A stretch of 43,680 bases of DNA from Hormoscilla sp. (GTDB lineage: Bacteria; Cyanobacteriota; Cyanobacteriia; Cyanobacteriales; Desertifilaceae). Below the pieces are notes generated by a model. It saw only the letters and a program-made list of their open reading frames with translations. It had not been told where the DNA came from and made no database searches. Location: the NCBI GenBank assembly GCA_051439505.1, contig JBFRWI010000057.1, positions 1-43,680 on the forward strand, read 5' to 3'. This document shows positions 30,354 through 41,718 of the stretch, in pieces; the first letter of the stretch is position 1; each line of letters opens with the position of its first letter. A program made the translations under genes and the position numbers.

Positions 30354-33300
30354 TTGATGAGGAGAATAACAAGTTTGAGAAATCACGCCCAAGGATTACC
30401 AATGCTGATTTTTCCAGAACAGTGCTCCCTATTTTTAGGTGCAAATATATCGATCGCCCTTTTGACAGGAGCGATCGCCTGGCTAATTTATCGCCACCAC
30501 TGGCGAAAAACAGCTCTTCACCAGTATGTGGTGGCACTGCTATTAATGCTAGTCGCATCGGGTTTAGGACATTTGGGGCAAGTTGGCGCAAGCATATTAC
30601 TGGGTCGCGAGTATATAGCCAGTGCCATTATACCTCAGGTAAGTTTAGATTTACTTAACAGTCTCGCCGCTGGATTATATTTGGCATTGTGGCAATGGGA
30701 TTCAAGATTGGGTAAGCTGGAAAAGTCATATGTGTTGGAGAAACCGGAAAATTCAATAGCACGACAAGACGAGAAGATTCAGCCGGAAACGAAAGACTCA
30801 GATCTGCTATCATTATATGAAGCTGGACAGCAACAAGTACAACGATACAAACTGATCGGACAAATTACTAAAGAAATTCGCGCGCAGCTAAACAGTGACG
30901 AAATTTTGCAGACGACGGCTAAGAGCATAGGTCAGGGGTTAGCAGTAAATCGCTGCGCCATCTACAGCCTCAAATTAGCAGAAATGCATAGGATGGGGGA
31001 AAAATCGGAGTTGCCCTGTGTCGCCCAGTATTGGGAAGCGGGTTGGCAGTCGATTAGGGATGTGAATATGCCGATCGCGGGCAACGCAATGGCGGAAAAA
31101 TTACTCTCCGAAGATCGGGCGATCGCCTGTAATGATGTGAGCACAGAACCCCTGTTGGCACCAATAGCTGAACTCTGTCAGCAGATGGAACTGAAATCTC
31201 TGTTAGCAGTCCGCACCTCCTTTCAAGGAGAAGCAAACGGCATTATCACCCTACAGCAATGTGACGCCTGTCGCCACTGGACAGAAGATGAAATCGAACT
31301 GCTAGAAGAGGTGGCCGCCCAAGTGGGAAGTGGACTGGCACAAGCACGACTGCTAGAACAAGAGAAGCGACAGCGCCAACAATTAGCACAGAAAAATTTA
31401 GAACTAGAGTATGCCACCAGAGAGGAGGCCGCATCTAACCGGGCCAAGAGTGAATTTCTGGCCATGATGAGCCACGAAATTAGAACGCCCATGAACGCCG
31501 TGATCGGCATGAGCAATCTGTTACTGGATACGCCCCTGAACGGAGAGCAGCAAGAGTTTGTCGAAACCATCCGCAACAGTAGCGACGCCCTCTTGACTAT
31601 CATCAACGACATCTTAGACTTTAGCAAAATAGAGTCGGGTAAGATGGAGCTAGAAGCAGCACCATTCGACCTGCGAGCCTGCATCGAAAGCTCTCTAGAC
31701 CTGCTAGCCCCCAAGGCAGCGAGCAAACAAAAAGGATTAGAGCTTGCCTACCAGATCGCACCAGGGACACCCGAGATGATAGTCGGTGACGTGACCCGCC
31801 TGCGGCAAATCCTGGTGAACCTGCTCGGCAACGCCGTTAAGTTTACAGAAACAGGAGAAGTAACAGTTTCCGTCAGGGCCCGGCAACTGAAGAATCTAGA
31901 CAAGTATACTATCGGATTTACCGTCAGAGATACGGGCATCGGCATACCCAGCGAGCGACTCAATCGCCTGTTTAAGCCCTTCACTCAGATAGAATCCTCC
32001 ATCACCCGTAAGTATGGCGGCACCGGCTTGGGTTTGGTGATATCTCAGCGCTTGACAGAATTGATGGGTGGCAAAATTTGGGTGGATAGCATTGTGGGGC
32101 AAGGTTCAACCTTTAACTTCACAATTGTCACCACTCAAGCACCCGCAACGACACAGACCAGGTCTGCCAGTGAATCACAGTTAGCTGGTAGTCGGCTGCT
32201 GATTGTGGATGATAATGCTACTGTGGGCAAAATATTAACCGACCAAATTCATGCTTGGGGAGGCACGGGCAGGGCAACTTGCGAACCGAGTGAGGCTCTG
32301 GTATGGTTGCGATCGCCCGAGCAATTTGATTTAGTAATGGTAGATAGGCAGATGCCTCAAATGGATGGGCTCACCTTGGCTAAAGAAATTCGCACCCTGC
32401 CTGGATGTAGTAACTTGCCTTTGGTAATGCTGACTAGCTCCCATGACGGGCAGCACGCTCTAAGAGAGGTAGAGGGCCGGGTTTTGTATAAACCAATTAA
32501 ACAATCTAAACTCTACCAGCTATTGACAGAAATCTTGGTAACAGGCGTGGGGGACTCTTACCATTCTGGTAACGGTAACAAAATGGTACCAGATTTAAGG
32601 GTGAGCGTGAGCGATGGGCGATTAGCCCAAGCCAACGTCAACTCAAAGCCAAAATCCACATTACCCCAATTAGCTCAAGAGCTGCCATTGCGGATTTTGT
32701 TAACAGAAGACGATCTTACCAATCAAAAAGTAGCCTTGTATACCTTGGCGAGACTGGGCTATGAAGCAGACGTGGCGAACAATGGTCTGGAAGCATTGTC
32801 GGCTTTGCATCGGCAGTCCTATGATGTAGTCTTGATGGATGTGATGATGCCGGAAATGGACGGGATGACTGCTACCCGCCAGATCTGCCAAGAATGGTCC
32901 CAGTCAAAACTCAGTTATAAACCTCGGATTATTGCAATGACGGCTAATGCCATGCAGGGCGATCGGGAGACCTGCTTGGCAGCTGGAATGGACGACTATA
33001 TCAGTAAACCTCTGCGGGTAGAGGAACTAATCAAGGCCCTGAAAAATAGCGCCTCCCAAAGGATAGTTGACGGCGAAATAGATGTCAAGAATAAAGAGGA
33101 ATTGAGAAATGAAACAAAGACAGAAATCTCTGTGGTCACGTCCGCTCGCCGAAGTGAGGAAAAGTCAGCGATCTCAAACTCGCACGCAGAGGTGCTTGAT
33201 GTCAAGGCATTGCAAAATTTATCTGAGATGCTAGGCCCGGAGGCTCAAACAGTAATGCAAGAAGTGATAGAAAGCTACACGGCAGATGCGCCCAAGCTCC

Positions 33301-33551
33301 TAGAGGCGATCGCGACAGCGATAAAGGAGTCCGATGCGGATTCTTTGCACCGGGCAGCTCATACCCTCAAAGGCAGCAGTGGCACTCTCGGCGCGATGAG
33401 GCTTTCGAGTCTGTGCAAAGAACTCGACAACCTAGCTAGATCTGGTAGCACATCACCGGCTCCGGGGTGGAAGCAGCAGATAGAAGATGAGTATGAGAAG
33501 GTAAAGAAGGCTTTGTATTCCCTGATGCAAAGCAACTCAAACATACAGTAA
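30354..33551 (+). CDS. Hybrid sensor histidine kinase: TM region, GAF, HisKA/HATPase, two receivers, Hpt
   Basis: [30 protein letters not shown] motifs VDRQMP and MDVMMP; Hpt AAHTLKGSS. Start codon uncertain. Confidence 0.94.
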   Translation: MMRRITSLRNHAQGLPMLIFPEQCSLFLGANISIALLTGAIAWLIYRHHWRKTALHQYVVALLLMLVASGLGHLGQVGASILLGREYIASAIIPQVSLDLLNSLAAGLYLALWQWDSRLGKLEKSYVLEKPENSIARQDEKIQPETKDSDLLSLYEAGQQQVQRYKLIGQITKEIRAQLNSDEILQTTAKSIGQGLAVNRCAIYSLKLAEMHRMGEKSELPCVAQYWEAGWQSIRDVNMPIAGNAMAEKLLSEDRAIACNDVSTEPLLAPIAELCQQMELKSLLAVRTSFQGEANGIITLQQCDACRHWTEDEIELLEEVAAQVGSGLAQARLLEQEKRQRQQLAQKNLELEYATREEAASNRAKSEFLAMMSHEIRTPMNAVIGMSNLLLDTPLNGEQQEFVETIRNSSDALLTIINDILDFSKIESGKMELEAAPFDLRACIESSLDLLAPKAASKQKGLELAYQIAPGTPEMIVGDVTRLRQILVNLLGNAVKFTETGEVTVSVRARQLKNLDKYTIGFTVRDTGIGIPSERLNRLFKPFTQIESSITRKYGGTGLGLVISQRLTELMGGKIWVDSIVGQGSTFNFTIVTTQAPATTQTRSASESQLAGSRLLIVDDNATVGKILTDQIHAWGGTGRATCEPSEALVWLRSPEQFDLVMVDRQMPQMDGLTLAKEIRTLPGCSNLPLVMLTSSHDGQHALREVEGRVLYKPIKQSKLYQLLTEILVTGVGDSYHSGNGNKMVPDLRVSVSDGRLAQANVNSKPKSTLPQLAQELPLRILLTEDDLTNQKVALYTLARLGYEADVANNGLEALSALHRQSYDVVLMDVMMPEMDGMTATRQICQEWSQSKLSYKPRIIAMTANAMQGDRETCLAAGMDDYISKPLRVEELIKALKNSASQRIVDGEIDVKNKEELRNETKTEISVVTSARRSEEKSAISNSHAEVLDVKALQNLSEMLGPEAQTVMQEVIESYTADAPKLLEAIATAIKESDADSLHRAAHTLKGSSGTLGAMRLSSLCKELDNLARSGSTSPAPGWKQQIEDEYEKVKKALYSLMQSNSNIQ

Positions 33552-33760
33552 ATAGGTGGCATAAACTCACCAGATAATAGTTGTCAGTTGTTACAAGTCA
33601 TTAACCACATAGGCTAGTCTCCGATGGCAAGCTTTCGTGGCTTAGTTATCATCGGTGGAGTTGTGCAACGCCAAATATGTTAATTGAGTTTTTGCCAGAA
33701 TTTTTGATGATGAGAGCACCCTGACAGCTTTGACCAATATCTGCACTAATTGAAGTCAAA

Positions 33761-34825
33761 ATGATTTCTAATCAACTCAAAAGTACCCTGGCGGCGAGCC
33801 CAGACGAAGAATCGCGCGATCCCCGATCGCTAGTCGAACCCGGCGGCGATCGTAGTCGAACCGCGCCATTAATCTTGATCGTGGATGACGAAAGAACTAT
33901 GCGCATGTTGTTGCGCCGGGCAATGGAAAAGGAGGGGTATCGGGTGGCGGAGGCAGTAAATGGCGAGCAGGGTATAGAACTCTACAAATCTCTGAAGCCG
34001 AAAATTGTCTTGCTCGATGCTATTATGCCCGTGCTGGATGGCTTTGCCTGCTGCGAGAAGATGATGACTCGATCGACAAGTGAAAGGATGCAGGACCACT
34101 GGCAGGCCGATCGCACTCCCATTTTGATCATCACTGCCCTGGAAGATCCCGAGTCCGTTGACCGTGCCTATGCTGCCGGTGCAGCCGATTACGTCACTAA
34201 ACCAATTCACTGGCCAGTCCTGCGTCAGCGGGTGCGGCGTCTAATCCAACAAGTGGAGCTGTTCGAGCAGCTGGAGGCAGCGAACCAGCAGTTGCAGCGT
34301 CTGGCTTCTTTAGATGGCCTGACTCAGTTGGCAAACCGCCGCTGCTTCGATCGGGTGCTAGAACGGGAGTGGCACCGAGAAATCCGCGAAAGCTGGGGCG
34401 CTCGCGAACCTGCTTTTGTTTCCCTGATTATGTGTGATGTCGATCATTTTAAGCTCTACAACGACACCTATGGCCATCAAGCTGGGGACGCTTGTTTGCA
34501 ACAGGTTGCTCGGGCCCTGCAAGCTGCCGCTAGGCGCGCATCTGATTTGGTTGCTCGTTACGGTGGCGAAGAATTTGCCCTCATCCTGCCCAACACCGAT
34601 GCCTCTGGTGCTATTCATGTCGCCGAAGAGATTCGCTCTCACGTCAAAAAATGCGCGATCGCCCATAGCTCTTCTCCCGTTAGCCCTTATGTTACCTTGA
34701 GTTTGGGCGTCGCTACCATCACACCGAAGAGCGATACCGAACCTGCTACCCTCATTGCCGCTGCCGATCGCGCTCTCTATCAGGCTAAAGCTACCGGACG
34801 CGATCGGGTATTCTTTAATGAATAG
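33761..34825 (+). CDS. Response regulator diguanylate cyclase (REC-GGDEF, PleD-like)
   Basis: ILIVDDE, LDAIMP; DGLTQLANRR, DVDHFKLYND, RASD I-site, ARYGGEEF. Confidence 0.95.
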   Translation: MISNQLKSTLAASPDEESRDPRSLVEPGGDRSRTAPLILIVDDERTMRMLLRRAMEKEGYRVAEAVNGEQGIELYKSLKPKIVLLDAIMPVLDGFACCEKMMTRSTSERMQDHWQADRTPILIITALEDPESVDRAYAAGAADYVTKPIHWPVLRQRVRRLIQQVELFEQLEAANQQLQRLASLDGLTQLANRRCFDRVLEREWHREIRESWGAREPAFVSLIMCDVDHFKLYNDTYGHQAGDACLQQVARALQAAARRASDLVARYGGEEFALILPNTDASGAIHVAEEIRSHVKKCAIAHSSSPVSPYVTLSLGVATITPKSDTEPATLIAAADRALYQAKATGRDRVFFNE

Positions 34826-35088
34826 CTGATTGCTAATTGCTAATTATTAATTGTCATCTGGCAAACATCGCCCAATTTACAAGGGTCATCCCACCAAATG
34901 AAGCTTTATATCATATACACTCGTAATTGTCAAGGTGTCGCGTCTGATAGTTGCTTCTGTTGCCGATGATGTTACAACGGGCGTAAGATCTGACAACACA
35001 ACCACTCGGCGACCGGTGACCAGCACAAACCCAGGCTGAGTGACAGCTAACAACCGACAACTGATAACGTTCTAACTGACAACTGACT

Positions 35089-37116
35089 ATGCTGATTTGT
35101 CCCCAATGTGAGTTCTCTAACCCAGACGATAACAAGTTCTGTTCTCGTTGTGGCACTTCTTTGATCGAGAAAAAATGTCATGAGTGCGGCAGTAAGGTAA
35201 AATATGAAGATCTTAACTGCCACAACTGCAATGCCGTGACTGGTACAGTTCGGTGGGCGATCGTCCGCAGCGTCCCGGGAGACCCCTATTCCTACCCGGG
35301 GGAGACCGCCCCCTCAAATGCCATAACCAATATTGCCGCCTCCTCGGAAGAAAACTATTCCGGCACGGGGCATGAAGAGCCAGAGGCTACCACGGTAACA
35401 GCTCCAATCTTACCAGCAGAAGATGATAATTATTTAGATCCACAGCATCGCTACCAATTAATATCGACGTTGAAATTAACTGATGAGAGCGCAACTGACA
35501 CCGAAGCAACTGACACCGAAGCAATGGTTTTAGACCGACGGCCTCTCCAGATATCCCTTTTATCAGCCTTGGAAAGGCAGTCGTCCGAAGCAGATTCTCT
35601 GCCATTAGATAGGGTAATTCCCAAAATGGCTCAGATATATTGGCAGCTCCAGTCTCATTTATATGAGGGGGTATTGCCAAAAATATACGATGCCTGGATA
35701 TCAGACTCAAGGGAGGTAGTGCTGCTAGAAGACCGCTCGGATTGGCAGCCGCTTGCTGACTGGTGGAGTACGGAACTTATGCCCGGAGAGCAGATGTTGT
35801 TCGCTCTCGATAATCTAGTGGAATTGTGGGAGATATTTGCATCATTTTCTTGTCGCCAAAGCCTGCTGGTGATGTCAAATTTGCTTGTAGATGAAGATGA
35901 AAGAATAGGCATCAAAAGGCTATATTTGGAAGAAGAAAACTCCCAGATTACTTTGCCTGATTTGGGGATATTGTGGGAAAAGTTATTCTCCCAATCCCAA
36001 GAAACCCAGGAGGGTGCTTTGATTTTACTCACCGGACAGCTAGCGTCTGGGAAAATTGACACAACTGAAGAACTGCGATCTCGTCTGAGAGCCCTCGCCC
36101 CGGATGATGATGAACCCGATCGCGATCGACCCTTTTCTAATACAGGATTGGAGTCCGACAGCGAGACCCAACCCCCAATGTCCGCAGCCCCTACCCGCCT
36201 ACAAACATCTGAGCAGCCGCAGACAGACTCTCAGGCGATGGATGACATGCCCACAGTGGTGCTGCCGATGCAGCTGTTCAGCCTGGAGGATGCCGGTTTA
36301 ACTGATACCGGTCGCCAACGAGACCATAATGAGGATGCTTTTTGCATTCACACGCAAATCGAGCGATTTGAAACCAAGATGGGTCGCACTATTGAGGCTC
36401 AGGGTCTCTATATTCTCTGCGATGGCATGGGAGGACATGCAGGTGGTGAGGTTGCTAGTGCTCTGGCAGTTGATACTCTGAGAAATTACTTTCAGAATCA
36501 TTGGCTCGGTGTATCCTCCATGGAGGCTACACTGCCCCCAGTAGATATCCTCCGGGAGGCAGTGCTGGAGGCAAATCAAGCGATCTACGACCTCAACCAA
36601 GATCAGGGTCGCACTGGTAGCGGACGGATGGGCACGACTTTGGTCTTGGTTTTAATTCAAGATACAAATGTCGCTGTTTCCCATGTGGGGGATAGTCGCG
36701 TCTATAAGTTCACCCGCAAGCAAGGTCTTACGCAAGTTACTCGCGATCACGATGTGGCTCAACGGGAAATTCAACGGGGCGTGGCACCGGAAATCGCTTA
36801 TTCCCGCCCGGACGCTTACCAACTTACTCAAGCCCTCGGACCCAGGGATTCTGATTTCATTAAACCTGATATCCAGTTTCTCGACATCAATGAAGATCTG
36901 CTGCTAATTTTGAGTTCTGATGGTTTAACCGATAATGACCTGGTCGAACAATATGCTAACACTCACCTGGAACCATTGATCAGTTCTCGCGCTAGCCTGG
37001 AGCGTGGGGTGAATGATTTAATTGACCTTGCTAACGAGTATAATGGACATGATAACATTACAGCTGTTATTATCCGGGCTAAGGTCCGACCAAACCTCGG
37101 TTCTTTACGCGATTGA
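35089..37116 (+). CDS. Double zinc-ribbon / PP2C Ser/Thr phosphatase
   Basis: Four CxxC motifs at the N-terminus; GRQRDHNED, CDGMGGH, HVGDSR, SSDGL, GHDNIT. Confidence 0.93.
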   Translation: MLICPQCEFSNPDDNKFCSRCGTSLIEKKCHECGSKVKYEDLNCHNCNAVTGTVRWAIVRSVPGDPYSYPGETAPSNAITNIAASSEENYSGTGHEEPEATTVTAPILPAEDDNYLDPQHRYQLISTLKLTDESATDTEATDTEAMVLDRRPLQISLLSALERQSSEADSLPLDRVIPKMAQIYWQLQSHLYEGVLPKIYDAWISDSREVVLLEDRSDWQPLADWWSTELMPGEQMLFALDNLVELWEIFASFSCRQSLLVMSNLLVDEDERIGIKRLYLEEENSQITLPDLGILWEKLFSQSQETQEGALILLTGQLASGKIDTTEELRSRLRALAPDDDEPDRDRPFSNTGLESDSETQPPMSAAPTRLQTSEQPQTDSQAMDDMPTVVLPMQLFSLEDAGLTDTGRQRDHNEDAFCIHTQIERFETKMGRTIEAQGLYILCDGMGGHAGGEVASALAVDTLRNYFQNHWLGVSSMEATLPPVDILREAVLEANQAIYDLNQDQGRTGSGRMGTTLVLVLIQDTNVAVSHVGDSRVYKFTRKQGLTQVTRDHDVAQREIQRGVAPEIAYSRPDAYQLTQALGPRDSDFIKPDIQFLDINEDLLLILSSDGLTDNDLVEQYANTHLEPLISSRASLERGVNDLIDLANEYNGHDNITAVIIRAKVRPNLGSLRD

Positions 37117-37207
37117 CTCTCGTGTTGTCACGTTGTCAGCTGTTATTTGCCAATGCTAATTGGCAATTTTCGAGGGATAAGATTTTACTTTTTAGTTGGC
37201 GAAGCGC

Positions 37208-38482
37208 ATGATCGCACTCATTCTCCTCAACGAACAACTCAGGGAGTTGCAACGGTGGAACTTCCCCAGTGAAACGATTGTTAAGATTGGTCGATCGCCC
37301 GATAATGACGTTGTGTTGAAAGACAACCTGGTTTCCCGGTATCATCTGGAATTGCGACAAATAACCAATTCCGGCGTTACTACCTGGCAACTGTTTAATC
37401 AGGGCACTAATGGCACTTTTCTGAACGATGTCGGAGTTGAGCAAGCTATGGTATTTGATGGGTCTTTGATTCAGTTAGCCCAGGGAGGACCGGTGCTGAA
37501 GTTTCAAGTCTCCTCGCCAGTCCCAACTCCGACTCCGAATTCCTCTAGTTGCAACCACCCGGGCAATAAACCAGATAATCTGTTCTGCATTCACTGCGGT
37601 GGGGGCAATAAATCAGATAATCTCTTCTGCATCCACTGCGGTCAACCCCTGAAGGTCCAACAGGTTATCCGCCAGTATCAGGTATTGCGGACTTTGGGTC
37701 GTGGCGGTATGGGTACTACTTATTTGGCCTGGAACCCCGATCGCGTAGCGGCTGCGCAGCAGCATCCTACTCCCATAGGCACCCGGCCCATCTCCCTGTT
37801 CGTGCTTAAGGAAATGAATGCCGATCTGGTCCAAAATCAAAAGGCTAGAGAACTTTTTGCCCGGGAGGCCGATACCCTGCAAAAACTCGACCATCCAGGT
37901 ATTCCCCAGTTTTTTGATTCCTTTATCGAAGATAATAAAAAATACCTGGCAATGGAGTTGATCCACGGTCAGGATTTGGAAAAGCGGGTGTTCCAGCAGG
38001 GCCCCTGTACTCTGGAACAGGCCGTTGATTGGATGGCGCAGACTTGCGATATCTTATCCTATCTCCACAATCAGAAGCCGAAGATTATTCACCGGGATAT
38101 TAAACCGGCAAATCTGTTGAGCCGCCGCGTGGACGATCGCATTTTTCTAATTGATTTTGGCGCTGTTAAGGAAATTGGTACTCCTCAAGGTACTCGCATT
38201 GGCGCTGAGGGCTATAGCGCCCCGGAACAAAATCTGGGTAGTCCTGTGATTGAGTCCGACCTCTATGCGATCGGGCCTACTTTGATCTTTCTTTTGACTA
38301 GCGAAAGTCCCCATAAGTATTATCGCAAGTCCCATAAAAATCGGCCTTACCGCTTCGAGATCGAAGATATTCCCACTATTACTCCTCAATTGCGTTCCGT
38401 GATTGAAAAAGTTACCGCCCCCAAACCTCGCGATCGCTTTCGATCTGCCGCCGAACTTAAGCAGGCTTTGGAAAATTGCTAA
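37208..38482 (+). CDS. FHA-domain Ser/Thr protein kinase
   Basis: FHA IGRSPDND...VSRYH...TNGTF; kinase GRGGMG, HRDIKPAN, IDFG, YSAPEQ. Confidence 0.94.
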   Translation: MIALILLNEQLRELQRWNFPSETIVKIGRSPDNDVVLKDNLVSRYHLELRQITNSGVTTWQLFNQGTNGTFLNDVGVEQAMVFDGSLIQLAQGGPVLKFQVSSPVPTPTPNSSSCNHPGNKPDNLFCIHCGGGNKSDNLFCIHCGQPLKVQQVIRQYQVLRTLGRGGMGTTYLAWNPDRVAAAQQHPTPIGTRPISLFVLKEMNADLVQNQKARELFAREADTLQKLDHPGIPQFFDSFIEDNKKYLAMELIHGQDLEKRVFQQGPCTLEQAVDWMAQTCDILSYLHNQKPKIIHRDIKPANLLSRRVDDRIFLIDFGAVKEIGTPQGTRIGAEGYSAPEQNLGSPVIESDLYAIGPTLIFLLTSESPHKYYRKSHKNRPYRFEIEDIPTITPQLRSVIEKVTAPKPRDRFRSAAELKQALENC

Positions 38483-38583
38483 TTGCTAATTGCTAATTGC
38501 TAATGGAAAATTGCGAATTGCGAATTTACAATGGTGCCGTTCTCAATTTTCCATTCTCAATTTTCCATTCTCAATTTTCCATT
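38476..38583. repeat. STRR-like short tandem repeats (AATTGCT heptamers; TTCTCAATTTTCCA 14-mers)
   Basis: Directly visible between the convergent kinase and DUF4327 genes. Confidence 0.8.
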
Positions 38584-38589
38584 AACATT

Positions 38590-38823
38590 TCAATCGTCAT
38601 CCCATGCTTCTACTGCTAGCAGTTCGCTGACTGGATCTTGCATTGTGAAGTCATATGCATGCAGTTCCTTTTTCCAGTACGACCACTCGTCTCCGTACAG
38701 GAACGCCATTTTCCAAATGCTATCCGTTGGTTTCATCGCGTTTGATTCTACAAGCGATCGCACTTTTCTTTGCAGCTTAAACATTGGATGAATAACCTGT
38801 TGCTTCATTCCCGTTTTCACCAT
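38590..38823 (-). CDS. DUF4327-family protein
   Basis: QQVIHPMFKLQRKVRSLVES...WKKEL...MQDPVSELLAVEAWD; alternative start at ATG 38808. Confidence 0.85.
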   Translation of the reverse strand: MVKTGMKQQVIHPMFKLQRKVRSLVESNAMKPTDSIWKMAFLYGDEWSYWKKELHAYDFTMQDPVSELLAVEAWDDD

Positions 38824-38936
38824 TTTTGATTTTCTTGAATTCTTTCAACAATAACTGAAACTTGCTGTTTTTTCTGCCCTCGATCGGGCTTTTGCTTCTA
38901 CCCAGTGTAGCGCTATTGCGGGCTTACCACTCACAA

Positions 38937-40553
38937 CTAACCACTCACAACTACTGGCGCTTTTTTTGACAGCAGCAGACCATATTCTAGCCCTTCTACT
39001 ACTGCCTGATAGGAGGCATCTAATATGTTAGTAGATACTCCCACTGTTGTCCAGCGTTGATGACCGTCACTCGATTCTACTAGCACTCTGGTTTTGGCGC
39101 CAGTCCCTGCCGAACCATCCAGGATTCTCACCTTGTAATCCGTGAGATGAAATTGCCCGAGCGCGGGGTAGAATTGTACTAAGGCTTTGCGCAATGCTGC
39201 ATCTAGTGCTGCTACTGGACCATTTCCTTCGGCACATTCCAGAATTTCCGCGTCCTCTACTCCTATTTTAACAGTTGCTAGGGCTTTGGGAGCTTCCAAT
39301 TCCTGAGCTTGTACCATGTCGCAGTGGACTTGAAACCCTTTGATGGCAAATAGCTGCTGCCTTTGCCCCAGGGCCGATCGCATCAGCAAATCAAAACTTG
39401 CCTCTGCGGCTTCAAATTGATAGCCTTGACTTTCTAAGTCTTTCAGATTTTGCAGGATTTGTCTACAGGCCGGATCCTGTTTTTCCAATTCTATGCCAAA
39501 GCTGCGGGCTTTTGCCAAGACATTCGAGAGTCCTGCTTGGTCTGATATTACTATGCGCCGGCGGTTTCCCACCCCTTCTGGTTGGATATGTTCGTAGGTG
39601 AGGGGGTTTTTCTCCACTGCGGACACGTGGATCCCGCCTTTGTGGGCAAAGGCCGATCGACCTACGTAGGGCGCATGTTCGTCCGGGGCCAGATTTACTA
39701 TTTCGCTAACTTCCCGACTGGTTTGAGTCAGCTTCTCTAGCTGAGTTGGGGCTATACAATCATACCCTAACTTCAGTTGCAGATTGGGGATTAATGATAT
39801 CAGGTTAGCGTTCCCGCACCGTTCTCCATAACCATTGATCGTCCCTTGGACCATCTGGGCCCCTTCCCCTACTGCTGCTAGGGCATTTGCCACTGCCGTT
39901 CCCGCGTCGTTGTGAGTGTGAATGCCTAGTTTTAATTCTTCCTGGGAAGCTATTTTGCCTTTCACCTCTGCCACTATTTGGCCAATTTCGTGGGGTAATG
40001 TCCCCCCATTCGTGTCACACAATACTAACCACTCGGCACCGGATGCCAGGGCCACTTCTAAGGTTTTCAGGGCATATTCTGGGTTTTGCTTGTACCCGTC
40101 AAACCAATGTTCGGCATCGTAGATTACTTTTCGCCCCGATACCCGGAGGTAGGCGATCGTATCCCGGATCATGGCCAAATTTTCATCGAGACTTGTTTTC
40201 AACCCCTCGGTGACATGCAAGTCCCAAGATTTGCCAAACACTGTGACCCAGCGGGTTTGGGCCGCCAGGATACTTTGCAGCATTTCATCTTCTGCGGCCA
40301 GTTTGTGGGGGCGACGAGTGGAACAGAAGGCGACTATTTCTGCTTGCTTGAGAGGTTCTTCCTTTATTTGCCAGAAAAACTGTACGTCCTTAGGATTTGC
40401 CCCGGGCCATCCGCCTTCAATAAAGGGGATGCCAAGATCGTCGAGTATTCTGGCGATTTTAATTTTGTCTTCTATGGATAATGATAGACCTTCCCGCTGG
40501 GAGCCGTCTCGCAGGGTCGTGTCGTATATCCAAATTTTCCTATCTCCGTTCAT
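38937..40553 (-). CDS. cimA: Citramalate synthase
   Basis: YDTTLRDGSQREG, EGGWPGANPKD, FGKSWDLHV, HTHND, GYGERCGNA, AFAHKGGIH. Confidence 0.93.
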   Translation of the reverse strand: MNGDRKIWIYDTTLRDGSQREGLSLSIEDKIKIARILDDLGIPFIEGGWPGANPKDVQFFWQIKEEPLKQAEIVAFCSTRRPHKLAAEDEMLQSILAAQTRWVTVFGKSWDLHVTEGLKTSLDENLAMIRDTIAYLRVSGRKVIYDAEHWFDGYKQNPEYALKTLEVALASGAEWLVLCDTNGGTLPHEIGQIVAEVKGKIASQEELKLGIHTHNDAGTAVANALAAVGEGAQMVQGTINGYGERCGNANLISLIPNLQLKLGYDCIAPTQLEKLTQTSREVSEIVNLAPDEHAPYVGRSAFAHKGGIHVSAVEKNPLTYEHIQPEGVGNRRRIVISDQAGLSNVLAKARSFGIELEKQDPACRQILQNLKDLESQGYQFEAAEASFDLLMRSALGQRQQLFAIKGFQVHCDMVQAQELEAPKALATVKIGVEDAEILECAEGNGPVAALDAALRKALVQFYPALGQFHLTDYKVRILDGSAGTGAKTRVLVESSDGHQRWTTVGVSTNILDASYQAVVEGLEYGLLLSKKAPVVVSG

Positions 40554-40577
40554 GCAGATATTTGGTTTTACAAGTCC

Positions 40578-40661
40578 GTTTGTAGTAAGCGCTTTAGCGC
40601 TTGAGGGTTTGTAGTAAGCGCTTTAGCGCTTCGGGGTTTGTAGTAAGCGCAAAGCGCGCTT
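40578..40661. repeat. Three tandem 29-bp REP-like palindromic units
   Basis: GTTTGTAGTAAGCGCTTTAGCGCTT at 40578 and 40607, with a variant at 40636. Confidence 0.8.
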
Positions 40662-40749
40662 GCCTCCCGCCAAATGTTTCGCCTGTCCTAGGACAAGGGT
40701 CGGTTTGGTGGATATATTTATCAAGGTAAGCATTAATTTTCCATCATAC

Positions 40750-41088
40750 ATGCCCAACGTACAAGCTCAAGGCCAGACTTTCAGCTGCGCACCAGATGCC
40801 AATTTACGTCAGCTGCTGCTAGCTAATGCTATCGACCTTTACAATGGTAAGGCTAAATTGATTAACTGCCGTGGTATCGGTACTTGCGGTACCTGCGCTG
40901 TTCTAGTTGAGGGGCAAGTTTCCGAACCTAACTGGCGGGATACTGGCCGGCGATCGCTCCCTCCCCATTCTCCCACGCGCAATCTCCGTTTAGCATGTCA
41001 GACTAAGGTAACAGGAGATGTCAAGGTTACCAAGTTTGATGGCTTTTGGGGACAAGGTTCTCAGACTGTTTGGACTCCTGAAGTTTGA
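40750..41088 (+). CDS. 2Fe-2S ferredoxin
   Basis: NCRGIGTCGTC...RLACQ. Confidence 0.93.
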   Translation: MPNVQAQGQTFSCAPDANLRQLLLANAIDLYNGKAKLINCRGIGTCGTCAVLVEGQVSEPNWRDTGRRSLPPHSPTRNLRLACQTKVTGDVKVTKFDGFWGQGSQTVWTPEV

Positions 41089-41567
41089 TTATATTTTACG
41101 CTCGGGTTTTTCCCTAGCGGACGATCGCCCGCTGGTGCCGTCTAGCTACAGCAGCCAATCTCTATACCTTAGCTTACCTGATTCTTTCTTGTCAAGCATA
41201 CCTCTGATATTTTCTTTGCGCACTCTTACGTGTGCTCGTGTGCTCGCTTGCTTTTGCTTTTGCTGCCGGTTCCTGCTTTCGTTTCGAGCCGTGAGGGCAG
41301 CAGCCAGGTTGCTCTGCACCGGGGTATAAGGCTCGGTAAGGTGCGGTGGTTATCCCTGCGAGGTTATTAGGAGCAGTCGCCACCTGTTGGCACCGGCGTA
41401 CTGGACGATGCTCTCGCACTCTGCGAGGTTATTCTCCGGTGAGTGGCACCTTATTGATGGCGAGCGCCAGGTTGCACCGCACCGGTGTATACAGGCTCGG
41501 TAAGGTGCGGTGGTTATCCCTGCGAGGTTATGGGTGTGGCGCAAGCGCCCGTTAGTAGGAGACGGAG

Positions 41568-41718
41568 GGGTGTGGTCAAAACCCGTTGATCGTTCGGGCG
41601 GCCCTCCCAGTCGCCGGATCCCCCCAAACCCCCCTTTATTGGGGGGCTTCCGGAACCCCCCCCCTTTTGGAAGGGGGGGTTTGGGGGGGATCGGATCCAA
41701 CTACTTTTGACCACACCC
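41568..41718. mobile_element. MITE, 151 bp, 14-bp TIR, 9-bp target-site duplication
   Basis: GGGTGTGGTCAAAA...TTTTGACCACACCC flanked by GAGACGGAG at 41559-41567 and 41719-41727. Confidence 0.88.

Noticed and set aside
40578..40661. Mini CRISPR array
   Set aside because: Only about 4 nt separate the palindromic units; this is a REP-like tandem.
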